64,000 nucleotides of DNA from an uncultured Gemmatimonadales bacterium. Its GTDB lineage: Bacteria > Gemmatimonadota > Gemmatimonadetes > Gemmatimonadales > GWC2-71-9. The position numbers and the translations under genes are program-made. Location: contig CAWHFW010000006.1 in assembly GCA_963828735.1 (NCBI GenBank), positions 72,403-136,402 of the forward strand, given 5' to 3'. Positions 50,561-61,535 of the stretch are shown in pieces (position 1 is the stretch's first letter; the number at the start of each line of letters is the position of its first letter). The notes beneath the pieces are model-generated. The model was not told the DNA's origin, ran no database searches, and was given only the letters and a program-made list of their open reading frames with translations.

Positions 50561-52275
50561 GGGCCGACGCCCCGACCTGCGGACCCGCGAAAGCGAAACG
50601 CGTAGAGCGTGGTGCTCCCGCCTCGCCGCCGCGACTCGACCACGCCGCCGACACGGCCTATGGCCGTGACGGTAGCTCGCTTGATCTCGGTTCCCGGGGA
50701 GTCGGCGCCGAACACCGCCCACGCACGCGTCGATGTCGCCCGCCGGAGCCGGCCGGCCTCGATCTCGGCCCAGCCCGGGTCGGCCGTCGCCTGCCAGTCG
50801 GGAAGGTCGCGCGGGTCGAGCGCGAGCCACGCGCGCCCTTGCACACCGCTCGCGAGGCCGTAGAGCTCCTCACGGTTGCCGGTCCCGGTACACCAGATCC
50901 TCGCCGTCTCCTCGACTCCGCGGGCCGTGCGGCGGCGCGTTCACGAACGCGGGGCCGCCGGGACCGGCGACGCGCGCGACCCAGGCGAGCCGCTCGCGGT
51001 CGGGCTGCCGCCAGTCGGTGGTGTAGTACGCGTATTCGGCGGCGACGCGATGGAAAGACGTACACCGGCTCCCCCGGCGACCGCTCGCGGTCGAGCCGGG
51101 TCACGACCTGCGGCAGGCCCTGACGATCCTCGGGCGCTCGAACCACCCAGGCGAGCGCGACGAGAACCGAAGGGGCGAGGATGGCGCCGACCGCTACACC
51201 CGCTCGCACCGAAGGCGCGACGCGCCTCAGCGAGTCTGCACCGCGGCAACCACTCCGACGGCGGCGAGCACGATGAGCAGCGGCGTGACGAACAGCGTCA
51301 GGCGCATGGCGACGGGGTACGCTCCCGTGCCGCCGAGGCCAGGAGCAGCGTGACGAACGGGCCGGCGAGCACCAGCGTAGCCGCCAGCCATAGCCTTCGA
51401 CCGACGATCCATGCTCCCGCGACGCATGCGAGGAGTACGAGCCACGCCGGCCCCGATCTCCACGGTCCAGTACCCCACCGGCCACGTCGCCTCACGCAGA
51501 CCCGCCGCCCAGCGCACCGACCATCGCGGGCCGGGCGCCAGCATGGCCGACGACCAGTACTGCCGCATGTACGGCAGAGACTCGGCGGCCCGGTAGGTCC
51601 CAGGTAGGCAGCGAATGGACGCCGCGCACCAGAGCCCGACGGTGGTCACATACCGGCCGCGAGTCTTCTTGCCCTCGAGCCACGCCGGCGACGCGAGGGC
51701 GACGGCGATCGGCGCGAGAACCATGGGCGCCGTGACGGAGACGAACGGAGCAGCCGCGCCCACGACCGCGAGCGCCGCCCAGGCGCGACGGTCGCTCGGG
51801 ATTCCGAAGCACTCCCACGGCCATGGTGACGAGCAGACACGGTGACCAGTGCCGTCCACCGCGTAGGGCTTTCCCTCCGCCGAGTACTGGATGAGGAACG
51901 GCGAGGTGGCCGCGAGGCCAAGTGCGGCCATTGTCTCGAGCGGGGGAAGGAGTATCGAGACCAGCCGGCGGAGCATGACCAGCATCAGGCAGCCCGCGAC
52001 GAGGGGCACGATGCGCAGCGCGAGTCGTGGACTCCTGCGAGATCGACGACGAGTCGCTGTGCCCACAGAAAAGGCACCGGTGCGACCTGCGCGTAGTCGA
52101 GCGGCTTCGTGAGCCCGGCGAGGTCCCGCGTGGCCACGTTCAGCGCGAGCATGAGCTCGTCGCCGGCGGAGCCGCCCCGTCGAAGGCAGAACGCGATACG
52201 TAGCGCGATGCCCGTCGCGACGAGCGCGAGGGCCGCCCGGCGGTGTAGGGTGGACGTCCGGAGAGAGGCGATCAA
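50557..52275 (-). CDS. GT-C (GT39/ArnT-like) glycosyltransferase paralog B, multiple frameshifts
   Basis: [35 protein letters not shown]. Confidence 0.65.
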
Positions 52276-53057
52276 CCCTGCGGCGGAATCGGACGGCGCT
52301 CGCCGGCGAGCGGCGGGAGGCGCCTCGGCCTCGCCGGCGCGCCGCGCCGCACGCCGCGGACGGCGGAGGTTGAACCGCAGGATGTGGACAGATGGCCGCG
52401 ACGCCGTCCCGCCAGCCGATCTTCTTGCCCTCGGCGTAGGTGCGGCCCGAGTAGGAGATCGAGACCTCCCAGACGCGGGCGCGCGCCTGTGCCAGGCGCG
52501 CGGTCAGCTCCGGCTCGAAGCCGAAGCGGTCGCTGGTGAGGACGAGTGACTTCATGAGCGGCCCGCGCACGGCCTTGTAGCAGGTCTCCATGTCGGTGAG
52601 GTTCAGGTCGGTGAGCATGTTCGACAGCAGCGTCAGGAAGCGGTTGCCCACCGAGTGCCAGAAGTAGAGGACCCGGTGGTCGCCGCCGAGGAAACGCGAC
52701 CCGAAGACCGCGTCGGCGCGCCCGTCCGTGATCGGAGCCAGCAGGCGCGGCAGCTCCGCGGGATCGTATTCGAGATCGGCGTCCTGGATCACGATCACGT
52801 CCCCGGTCGCGGCCTCGATGCCGGCGCGGATGGCCGCGCCCTTCCCCCGATTCACCGGCTGATCCACCACCAGGTCCACGGCGCCCTCGGCCTCGAGCCG
52901 GCGGAGGATCGCCGCCGAGTTGTCGGTCGAGGCATCGTTCACCGCGATGATCTCCGTGCGCAGCGGCACGGCCCGGACACGCGCGACGATCTGGGCGACG
53001 CGTCGCCTCCTCGTTGTAGACCGGAATGACGACCGAGAGAAGCGGATCTCCCGTCAC
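52272..53057 (-). CDS. GT2 polyprenol-phosphate glycosyltransferase (DPM1-like), frameshifted
   Basis: [44 protein letters not shown]. Confidence 0.85.
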   Translation of the reverse strand: MTGDPLLSVVIPVYNEEATRRPDRRACPGRAAAHGDHRGERCLDRQLGGDPPPARGRGRRGPGGGSAGESGEGRGHPRRHRGRDRGRDRDPGRRSRIRSRGAAAPAGSDHGRARRRGLRVAFPRRRPPGPLLLALGGQPLPDAAVEHAHRPEPHRHGDLLQGRARAAHEVTRPHQRPLRLRAGADRAPGTGARPRLGGLDLLLGPHLRRGQEDRLAGRRRGHLSTSCGSTSAVRGVRRGAPARPRRLPPLAGERRPIPPQG

Positions 53058-53865
53058 CGGGTCGCCTCGGACGCGGCCGCCGGACAGTCGGCCGGATCGT
53101 TCGCCTCGTCGTAGGGCGTCACCCGCGGGCGGTCGTATTCGCCGCGGAGACAGTTGGCCCGGATGGCCAGCAGGTCGGCGGCCATGCGCAGCGAGTCCCG
53201 CACGATGCGCACCTTCGAGCCGGGCTGGTGCACCCAGTTCACCGGGATCTCCGCGATCCGGTAGCCCCGCCGCTGGGCCATCAGCAGCACCTCGACGTCG
53301 AAGCTGAACCCGGACATGCGCATCCGGGAGAACAGATCGTGGGCCACCGCTCCGCGGAACAGCTTGAAGCCGCACTGCGTGTCGCTGGATGCCGCGGACG
53401 GTGAACGAGCGCACCAGGAAGTGAAAGGTTCGGCCCATCACGTGGCGATACCAGCGGCGCTCGACGCTGCACGCCCGCTCCCGGCGTCACCACGCGTGAT
53501 CCCACGGCGACATCCGCTCCGGTCTCCAGCGCGCGCTCGAGCCGCTCGAGCTCGGCGATGGGCGTCGCGCCGTCGGCGTCGGCGAGCAGGACGCGGCGCC
53601 TCGCGCAGTTCACGACACCGGTGCGCACCGCGTAGCCCTTGCCGTGGTTCTGGGCCAACCGGATGAGCCGGACCTCGGGATATCGCCGGGACAGTCGCGC
53701 CACGACCCCGCTGGTCCCGTCGCGGCTGCCGTCGTCCACGACGACGATCTCCGCGGCCGTCTTCCGGTCCCGGAAATACGTCGCCATCTCGACGACGGCG
53801 CGCTCGATGCGCGACTCCTCGTCGAGGGCCGGAACGACGACCGAATATGCCAGGCGCGTTGTCAT
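53054..53865 (-). CDS. GT2 dolichyl-phosphate glucosyltransferase-like, frameshifted
   Basis: DDGSRD, NHGKGYAVRTG, DADGATP, FSFDVE.L, EIPVNW. Confidence 0.85.
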
Positions 53866-53969
53866 AGGGAGGATCGCCCAGTGGGCAACTACCGTGCCTT
53901 CCGACCCCTGGGCCGGACGGCCTGACGGGCCGGAAATCGCCGAGCGGCCACGCTATTGTGTGGCTCCGA

Positions 53970-53985
53970 AGCTACAGCCATGCCC
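53970..53985 (-). promoter_or_regulatory. sigma54-like promoter of the GT2/GT-C operon
   Basis: GGGCATGGCTGTAGCT (GG-N10-GC). Confidence 0.4.
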
Positions 53986-54001
53986 TCGCAATCGCCATGC
54001 G

Positions 54002-54601
54002 TCAGCCGGCGGTTTCGGCAGTCGAGCGCTTCCGCCAGGCCGCCGCCTGCACCGCGATCCGCCAGCCGTCGAAGCCGCGGAGCGGGATGAGGTTGAGCAG
54101 CATGAAGGCGTTCACGAGAAACACGGTGAGCGAGAGCATGAACACCGGCAGCGAAGGCCGGTGGGTGGAGTGCCAGTAGACGCGGACCGCCTGCGCGGCC
54201 ACCAGGTTGCCGAACGTGCCGGCCGCCGAGATGAGCGGCGCGCGCCAGGAGCTGCCCCGATGCCACTCGAACCTGGCACCGCCCATCGCGGCGTCCTCGT
54301 ATCCGAGGCGGACGGCGTCCGAGTCGATCAGTCGGACTTCGCCGTGGAGCGGGAAGAGAGCGAGACGAAGGTGCACCCCATTGATGACGCCATGCCAGAT
54401 CGTGGGACCGCGGCCGAGCGCGATGCCCCAGATGCGGATGCCGAGGAGCCGCGCCGACAGCGCGTGCCCGAGCTCGTGCACGATCAGGGCGACCCAGGTC
54501 GCGACGTAGACCAGGCCCAGCACACGCAGGCCATACGGCAGCGACCAGTAGATCGTTCCCGCCGCCGCACCGGCGGACGGGAGCGAGGCTGCGAGGATCA
54601 C
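54002..54601 (-). CDS. M50 (site-2 protease-like) membrane metallopeptidase
   Basis: HELGH, ISAAG..GN, NLIP..GFDG. Confidence 0.75.
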   Translation of the reverse strand: MILAASLPSAGAAAGTIYWSLPYGLRVLGLVYVATWVALIVHELGHALSARLLGIRIWGIALGRGPTIWHGVINGVHLRLALFPLHGEVRLIDSDAVRLGYEDAAMGGARFEWHRGSSWRAPLISAAGTFGNLVAAQAVRVYWHSTHRPSLPVFMLSLTVFLVNAFMLLNLIPLRGFDGWRIAVQAAAWRKRSTAETAG

Positions 54602-54861
54602 GCGTAGTCCCTCGAAGGAAGCTCTTTGCCGGCCGCGTTCGACTCTGCCGCAGGCTGCTCCGCCGGCGGCGGCGTCTTCGCCACGCGGAGGGCCTGGAGG
54701 AACCGCACCACCGAGAGCGTCGTGAGGACGGCGGCGGCCAGGAGAAGCGCGACGCTCGCGGTTCCGGTGACGAAGGTGGACAGCACGACGGCCAACAATC
54801 CCATCGAGGAGAAGCGCAACGAAGGCGCGAAAGGCCACGGCTGCGGCTTGCGGTCCGTCAT
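54598..54861 (-). CDS. Small two-TM membrane protein
   Basis: GGAG RBS, two hydrophobic segments, GTGA overlap with the M50 gene. Confidence 0.5.
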   Translation of the reverse strand: MTDRKPQPWPFAPSLRFSSMGLLAVVLSTFVTGTASVALLLAAAVLTTLSVVRFLQALRVAKTPPPAEQPAAESNAAGKELPSRDYA

Positions 54862-54932
54862 GGGCGATCTCCAGATGGGATGAAGGTAACCGATTCTTCG
54901 CCGCACTCGAGCGCTGCGGAGGGTCGGTCCGC

Positions 54933-56670
54933 TCATGGAAATGTACAACGAACGACGAGGACTTCGCCTGAAGCATATGAGGGCTCCAGGCGTCCGCCTC
55001 GGTCACGAAGCGCCTGGTAGAGTCTGGTGCGATAAGGCGGGGTATGCGAGATGACGAGCCAGACAGTCTGCCCAGCGGCCTGGATTCGCGCTGCCTCACG
55101 CGCAGCCCACTCCTCCGCCGGGCCGAAATCAGGAGTATCCCAACCTTGTCGAACACGGATCCCCGAGGCCCGTCCCCAGATCTCGTGGCGACTTCCGACC
55201 CATGATTCCAGGGCCGTCGAATCGTCGTCGCTCTGCCGAAGCTCTGTGAGGGTCGCGTTTTCGAATGCCGCCCCGCCCGAGCTGCCGGCGTGCGCCGCAC
55301 GTTGGAGCGTCGCGGTGTCCGGGTGCAACCAGTCGGTCGTGTAGTACACCCAGGCAGGGAGCGCTCCGGGAAGGATGTAGATTCTCGCCTCCGGCCCGGC
55401 GGTTCTCCGCACCATCTGCACTGCAGGACGGAGGTGCTCCCAGGCGAGCGGGTCGGCCACATCCCGTGCGTCGCGCTCGAGCGGGATCCAGAGCAAGGCG
55501 AGGCCGGCTGCTGCCCATGTCCACGTGCGAAGGTGAGGCGAGAGCGCACCAACGATCTGCTCCAGTCCCGCACCGGCGCCCCAGAGGAGAGATGGCACCG
55601 CGAAGAGCATCAGCCGGAACCCCAGCGGATAAACGCCTATGCAAGAGGCGCCGACTGCGGCTAGCACAGGTGCCGCGATGACGGCGATCATACCTATCCC
55701 GACCCGCCTCTCGATGGAAAGCCAGCCGACAGCAATCAAGAGGGCGAGCAGCAGCGCGAGCGCGTAGAACGCCTCGCGTGGTGCGCCCTCGACCAGGCCT
55801 TGGGTCGGGATCCCAAGAAAGGTCCCTGTGAGCACGTCCTGAAGGCTGTATGCCAGACGCCCGAGGCCTCCAGGTTTCGCAATCCGCACCAGCGATGTGC
55901 TCCAGAAGTCGCGCATGTAGGAGCTGCCGGCGGCCGGACGGTAGATCACGGCGTACGCCGTGACTGCGGAGACGAGCCAGACGGAGCAGGCTATCGGCTG
56001 CCGTTCGTCCGAGTTGGCCGTTGCCCCACAAAGTTCGCACGACCATAGCGACCACGACCGCGACTAGGGTGAAAACCGCGGGGGCCGAGAACCATGGGGC
56101 CAGGACTCCCGCAAGGATCAGCGAGGCGATATTGTGGCTAGCGGGCCGTGAGCGATTGAGCATCAGCGGCAGCGCACCTCCCGTGAGCAGGAGGTTCACC
56201 AGCAGGTCGAGCGAGTACGGCTTCACCTCGTTCGAGTAGTAGATCAGCTGCGGCCCCAGCGCGCCCCACGACAGGACGAACGCCCGGCCCCAGAATCCCG
56301 GGAGCAGTTGGCGGGTGATGCGGTACAGCAGCAGCAAGGCCCCGACGCCTGCGACGAACGCGACCGCTCGAAGCGCGAGCTCCCCGGACCCGATCAGCTG
56401 CGTTACGAATCGCGTCAGCCAGAGGAATCCCGGCGCGGCGCTCTGGTCCCAGTCCAGCGGCCGCAGCAGATCGATGTAGCCTCGGCTCAGGATGTCGAGG
56501 GCGAGGCGAGCCTCATCGATCCAGAGTGAGCGCCGGGCCGCGAAGTGATAGAGGCGCAGCAGGATTCCGAGGCCGATGATCACCTTGAGGGCGCCTTCGC
56601 CGACCGCCCTCGGTCGCACAGAAACTTCTGGCGCTGTCGGCGTGCTCGTTCTGTTAGTGTCGATCACCAT
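54933..56670 (-). CDS. GT-C (GT39/ArnT-like) glycosyltransferase paralog C, frameshift near 55990
   Basis: SLWIDE, LDWDQ.A, EVKPYS, YMRDFW, YYTTDW. Confidence 0.72.
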
Positions 56671-56851
56671 GGTGTAGACACTGTGCCCCGCAGTCATTGG
56701 GTTCCCTCGAGCACACGACATTCGAAGGGGCTATGCCAAACCCTGTCGCTCCTTGAGCGCAGCCTGGCGGGCTCAGCTGTGCCACGTACGACTCAGTATG
56801 TTGAGTGCGAGGCGCGCTTCATCATGCCCGCCGACCGAGGCAGCCACGACG

Positions 56852-57577
56852 TCAGTCGCGGACTCCGACATACAGAAGCGAACTCCCCCAAGGCAGGAAT
56901 CGATGCAGGCCCAGGAGTTGTTCTCCCCGACTCACGCCGTACAGGGCCGCATTCAGGATTCGCCCAGGCACATGCGGGAGGTCGGCTCGTGCACTCCCGC
57001 CATTTACCGCTTCCACAAGCCTGACGGCAAACTTTGCGGCAACCAGCCAATGGAAAAAGTACCTGGTCGTTCGCTCGCGAACGCCCGCGGCCGTCGCCAC
57101 CTGGCGGAACGACGACCTGCTGAAGCGCGTCTTGTGTTCGTTCAGGGCGTCGTGACGAGTCCAAATCGCCATGAATGCTGGAACCGTCACAATGACCACG
57201 CCCCCACGCTCCAAGAGAGCAAGACCAGCCCGCAGCAGCGCGACCGGATCGGTGACATGCTCGAGAACGTCGAGGAACAGAATCGCCGTAAACTTTGTCT
57301 CGGGCCGGTACGACTCGAGAGAACCCCAGTGAATGCGATCGTCGATCGCCGGGACTCCCGTTCGCAGGTTCTCGTCGGTTTCGACACCCCACACATCCCC
57401 TAACTCCGAGAGGCGCTGAAAAAACAGGCCACTCCCGGCGCCGACATCGAGAATGCGATGTCTCACATTCGGGGAGAGCTCTTCGTGAGCAGTATTCATC
57501 AGGAACCGTTCCCGTGCGCGCCACCACCAATGCCGCCTATACAACTCGGCGTAGGCCCGGGCATATCGCTCATCCAT
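56852..57577 (-). CDS. Class I SAM-dependent methyltransferase
   Basis: HWWWRAR, ILDVGAGSG, DVLEH, HD..N.H..R; paralog of 46569..47297. Confidence 0.85.
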   Translation of the reverse strand: MDERYARAYAELYRRHWWWRARERFLMNTAHEELSPNVRHRILDVGAGSGLFFQRLSELGDVWGVETDENLRTGVPAIDDRIHWGSLESYRPETKFTAILFLDVLEHVTDPVALLRAGLALLERGGVVIVTVPAFMAIWTRHDALNEHKTRFSRSSFRQVATAAGVRERTTRYFFHWLVAAKFAVRLVEAVNGGSARADLPHVPGRILNAALYGVSRGEQLLGLHRFLPWGSSLLYVGVRD

Positions 57578-57689
57578 TCGGAGGTCACTGGCAGGAGGTT
57601 GAAAGTGAGGTACTGACAGGGCTGGCAGACCTCGTGGGTACGCTTTATCACCTTCAGTCGCGAGCGCCTCCGGTGGGCTGGCCTCGTCA

Positions 57690-58634
57690 CTATCTCTCAA
57701 CGTTAAGAACGCGGTCGACCACGTAGATCGGCCTCGCTTTCACCTCCTCGTAAACCCGCCCGAGGTACTCGCCCAGTACGCCGAGAACCAGAAGCTGGAC
57801 ACCGGCAAGGAACGTCGCGGTAACCAACAGAGCCGTGAATCCCCTCGGTGAGCGGTCCAGGAACAATTTTGCCACAATCGCATAGCATGCGAACAGACCT
57901 GAGACGAGCATGGCTCCACTGCCGATCAGGGCCGCGATGCGGAGTGGGACGATCGAGAAGGCGAACATCCCATCCGCCGCCAACTTCAGGAGGCCCCTGA
58001 AGCCGTACTTACTGCGCCCCGAGGCCCGCGCGTCTCGATGAACCGGCAACCCTATCTGGCGAAAGCCAACCCATGTCCGCAGGCCCCGCACATACCGATG
58101 GTGTTCGGGCAGGTGCCTGAGCTGGTCCACCACTCGCCTCGACATCAACGCAAAGTCTCCGGCATCGAGCGGTAGGCGCACGTCCGAGAGGTAGGCGATG
58201 ATCCGGTAGGCTAGACTATACCCGAGCCGTAGGAAGAACCCCTCGGGTCTGCTCGCCCGCTGAGCGTACACGACATCGTAGCCCTCCAGGTAATGGGCTA
58301 CCATCTTCGGGATCACCTCCGGTGCATCCTGGAGGTCGGCGTCCATGACGATGGCTACGTCGCCGTTCACATGATCCAGTGCGGCCGTCACGGCCGCCTG
58401 GTGCCCGAAGTTTCTCGCCAGCCCAATGACGACTAGAGAGTGGTCTCCCGCCGCCGCCTCGCTCAGCAGTGCCATCGACCCGTCGGAGCTCCCATCGTCG
58501 ACAATCACGATCTCGTGGGGACCTCCAGGAAGGGATGCCAGGACCGTGCGCACGCGGGTAAGAAGAAGCGGCAGCACATCCTGCTCGTTGAACGCCGGTA
58601 CGGCAATCGAGACACGCGGATGGGCAGTCATCAT
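57690..58634 (-). CDS. GT2 undecaprenyl-phosphate glycosyltransferase (GtrB/YkoT-like)
   Basis: RNFGHQAA..A, MDADLQD.PE, GDF.LM, two C-terminal TM, GEYLGRVY.EVK.RP. Confidence 0.9.
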   Translation of the reverse strand: MMTAHPRVSIAVPAFNEQDVLPLLLTRVRTVLASLPGGPHEIVIVDDGSSDGSMALLSEAAAGDHSLVVIGLARNFGHQAAVTAALDHVNGDVAIVMDADLQDAPEVIPKMVAHYLEGYDVVYAQRASRPEGFFLRLGYSLAYRIIAYLSDVRLPLDAGDFALMSRRVVDQLRHLPEHHRYVRGLRTWVGFRQIGLPVHRDARASGRSKYGFRGLLKLAADGMFAFSIVPLRIAALIGSGAMLVSGLFACYAIVAKLFLDRSPRGFTALLVTATFLAGVQLLVLGVLGEYLGRVYEEVKARPIYVVDRVLNVER

Positions 58635-59239
58635 GTGGCTCGGCCGCGAAGGTACACCATGTTCCAGAGCACCAACCTGCCTACACCCACGCCGTACGGC
58701 TCGATCACGTCGAAGTCGTAGTAGCGGCTGGCGAGATCGAGCCAGTCGTTGAGCGGGCGGCTGTGCTGGCCACGGTCCAGTCGTGCCAAGACGGAGTCAA
58801 GGCCACCCGGTGCCGGGCGAATCAATTCCAGAATGTGAATCTGCCCATCGTGAGCCAGCAACTCCTGCGCTCGGCCGAGCAGGGCTAGGGTAGCGTCGCG
58901 CGACAGATGATGCAGCAGGCTGTTCATGAAGATGCAATCGAACTGGACAGCGTGATCGAGACTGAGATTCGCCGCATCAGCCACCTCAAACCGATCGCCG
59001 TGCCGCGCCCGGGCATGCGCCACATACCTCGGGTTGATATCGACACCGAGGTAATGTGACCCGCGGAAGAGATGTGCATTGGTGCCGGGCCCGCAACCGA
59101 CCTCGAGCACACGACGCCATGTCCGCGCTGCATTGTGCGCCAGAAAAGGCGAGACCTTCTTGGACGCAAAGGGTGCCTGCCAAAGGCGGTAGACGACAGG
59201 ATGCTCCAACAGGGACAAGTGTAGTGGCACTAGTTCCAC
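58631..59239 (-). CDS. Class I SAM-dependent methyltransferase
   Basis: VLEVGCGPG, YLGVDIN, LLHHL. Confidence 0.82.
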   Translation of the reverse strand: MELVPLHLSLLEHPVVYRLWQAPFASKKVSPFLAHNAARTWRRVLEVGCGPGTNAHLFRGSHYLGVDINPRYVAHARARHGDRFEVADAANLSLDHAVQFDCIFMNSLLHHLSRDATLALLGRAQELLAHDGQIHILELIRPAPGGLDSVLARLDRGQHSRPLNDWLDLASRYYDFDVIEPYGVGVGRLVLWNMVYLRGRAT

Positions 59240-61094
59240 CAGAGGGTGAAGCGGCCGATACGTTCTGAAAAGCGATATTGCCGAGCAACTTGAGCTACCA
59301 ACTTCCGACTAGGTCGTGGAGAGAATCCAGGCCTTGCATTCAGGATCACGAGCGAAGGCCGGAGGGAGTCGATCAGCGACCGACCGGCCTCGGTGGATCT
59401 CGGCTCGAAGAAGTCGAAGAGATCGCGCGTGTGATTCTCCCGTGCTGCAAGAAAGTAGACTTCCGGGCAATCTGGCGCCGCGTAGATCACGGCATCGGGT
59501 GTCGTCCTGCGGGCTATGGCTCCGACCAGGGCCTCGTATTCAAGAGCCTCCGCTTGTGTGACGCGCAAGCCCCCACCCCGGGGGATCGAAAGCGTCGTCG
59601 TTTGTCGGTCTGACTCAGCCTGGCGTCCGAGATTGAAAATGTATCCCGGTCTCATCCAGAGCACGGGAAATGCCAACGCGAACAACAGGACTGGCACTCG
59701 CGCCGGTCGGGAGAACGCGCCAGATGGACCGTCCAGCGCGGCCATCACTAGAAAGAGCAGCGGTGCTACGTAGCAGAAGTAGATAGGTGCCGAAAATGGG
59801 AATTCAATCAACGTACACATGGCAAGGGTAGCCAGAACAAGCATCTGTTCCTCGCCACGGCGTGTCGGTATTACACCGCGGCGTGAGCCTTCGCGGAGCC
59901 ACCATCCTCCCAGCGCGATCAAGAGCGCGGGAGAGCGAGTAGAACGCCTGCCAGCCCACTATGTATGTCAGTTGATCTTTGGCGCCGAGGGCTACGAGCG
60001 CCAACAGAGCTCCGAGTCCCAACGCCACGGATCGCTGTACCCGAGGAGGGAACCGCCGAGGCCAGACGGAGAAGGCCAGGAGCACAGCACTTGGCGCCAT
60101 GAAGGCGAGGGGTGGAGGAGACATCGCGGCGCTCACCAGCCGCTGTCGGGGCGCCACGGCAACCCCATGCCAGAGCGCACCAAGTGCACCAGTCACCAGA
60201 TACGGAAGGAGGAAGAGCGCGACGGGGAGCGCCACGCCTCCCCCAAAGGCCGCCCAGAGCGCGGCGAGCCGCCGGAAGCGTTCGGCGTCCTCCGTTTGCG
60301 CATCGCGCTCGTGAAGGAGGACGACCAGACACACCGCCGCAGTTGGCAAAACGAAGCGAACGAACTCGCTCGCGCCGGCCCGTTGGCCAATGAGTAGAGC
60401 GATGATCACAACAATACCGGCGCAACCGGCCACGACCAATAATCGTACCGGTCCCAAACGCGTCGGAGGGCCTGGGGTCTGGCTGACAGCGTTCTGTTCG
60501 TGGTAGAGAAGGAAAAGAAGGGCCGCTGCGATGAAGTAGAGGCCCGTGGACTTGAACAGACAGGATACGCCCGCCTGCGAACCCCGCTACCATTAGCCAC
60601 TTTGTGGAGCGTGTTCTCAAGTAGCGAAGCAGGGCTGCCACGCCTGCTGTCGCGCAAAACAGGTTGTACCACGAGGGAATCGCGGCCGGGTAGTTGGGAG
60701 GCCCCCAGGCCACCGCAGCCAATGTGATAAGAAACGCTTCGCCAGGCTTGACGAAATGTGAGACGCAGTAGAGGAGAACCACCACCCAGACCAGAAACCA
60801 GACGAAGAGCATGAGTCTGAGGGAGAAGAGATTCGGTCCGAAGACCATGAAGGCCAGCGCGTTCAAATAGCTGAGTAGGCCCGTGTATAGCTCCCCGAAG
60901 TCCCGGTGGGGGACGGCTCCGTGAAGCACCCGCCACGCGCTTTGAGCGAGCGCCCCTTCGTCATGCGGAACCCAGCCTCGCCTTAAGGCGCTCCACATGT
61001 ACAGACCGGCAACGAGAGTCGTGGCGGCCGCCAAGGGCAAGGACAGTCTCGGTGAGCTGTCATTTTGCACCTCACCGGAAATACCGCCGTTCAT
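59230..61094 (-). CDS. GT-C-like (ArnT-like) membrane glycosyltransferase, frameshifted
   Basis: PHDEG.....RVL.G..PHRDF...Y loop, many TM segments, C-terminal YFLA.R.N domain; three frames. Confidence 0.65.
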
Positions 61095-61535
61095 AAACAC
61101 TTTCCAGCGAGGGAAACCGGGGATGCTTCCTCTCCGCTTTCGCGTCATTGCGCGCAGCGTCTCGCAAAGACTAGCGGCTGGGATGGTCATGGATTTCGCG
61201 CCAACCAACTGCGGCCGGGAAGCCGGCCGCCCGAATCGCTTGGCAGAAGGGGCCGCCGAATCGCAGGCTCGGGTGCGACTCACGAGGCCGCGCGCAATGC
61301 GAGGCGATGACGGCGAGAACGGCAGCCACACAACCCGTCGACGCCGGGGAGACGTTTGGATGGTGCCATGGGGTGTGTCGAAGGTAATTGCAGCGAGCGC
61401 CGTTCGCGAAGCGTCCCCCTCTTGCCAGTTGTCATCGCGCTGTGTGTTTCAGGGCCAGCTCCCCTACGCCGCCGACCTGCTCTCCCGTTAGCCGGAACCG
61501 GAATCCATGAAGCCAAGTGAGGGCGGCCAACCCTC

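Noticed and set aside
56720..56742. TTTGGCATAG as a fourth sigma54 promoter
   Set aside because: No GC at the -12 position with correct spacing
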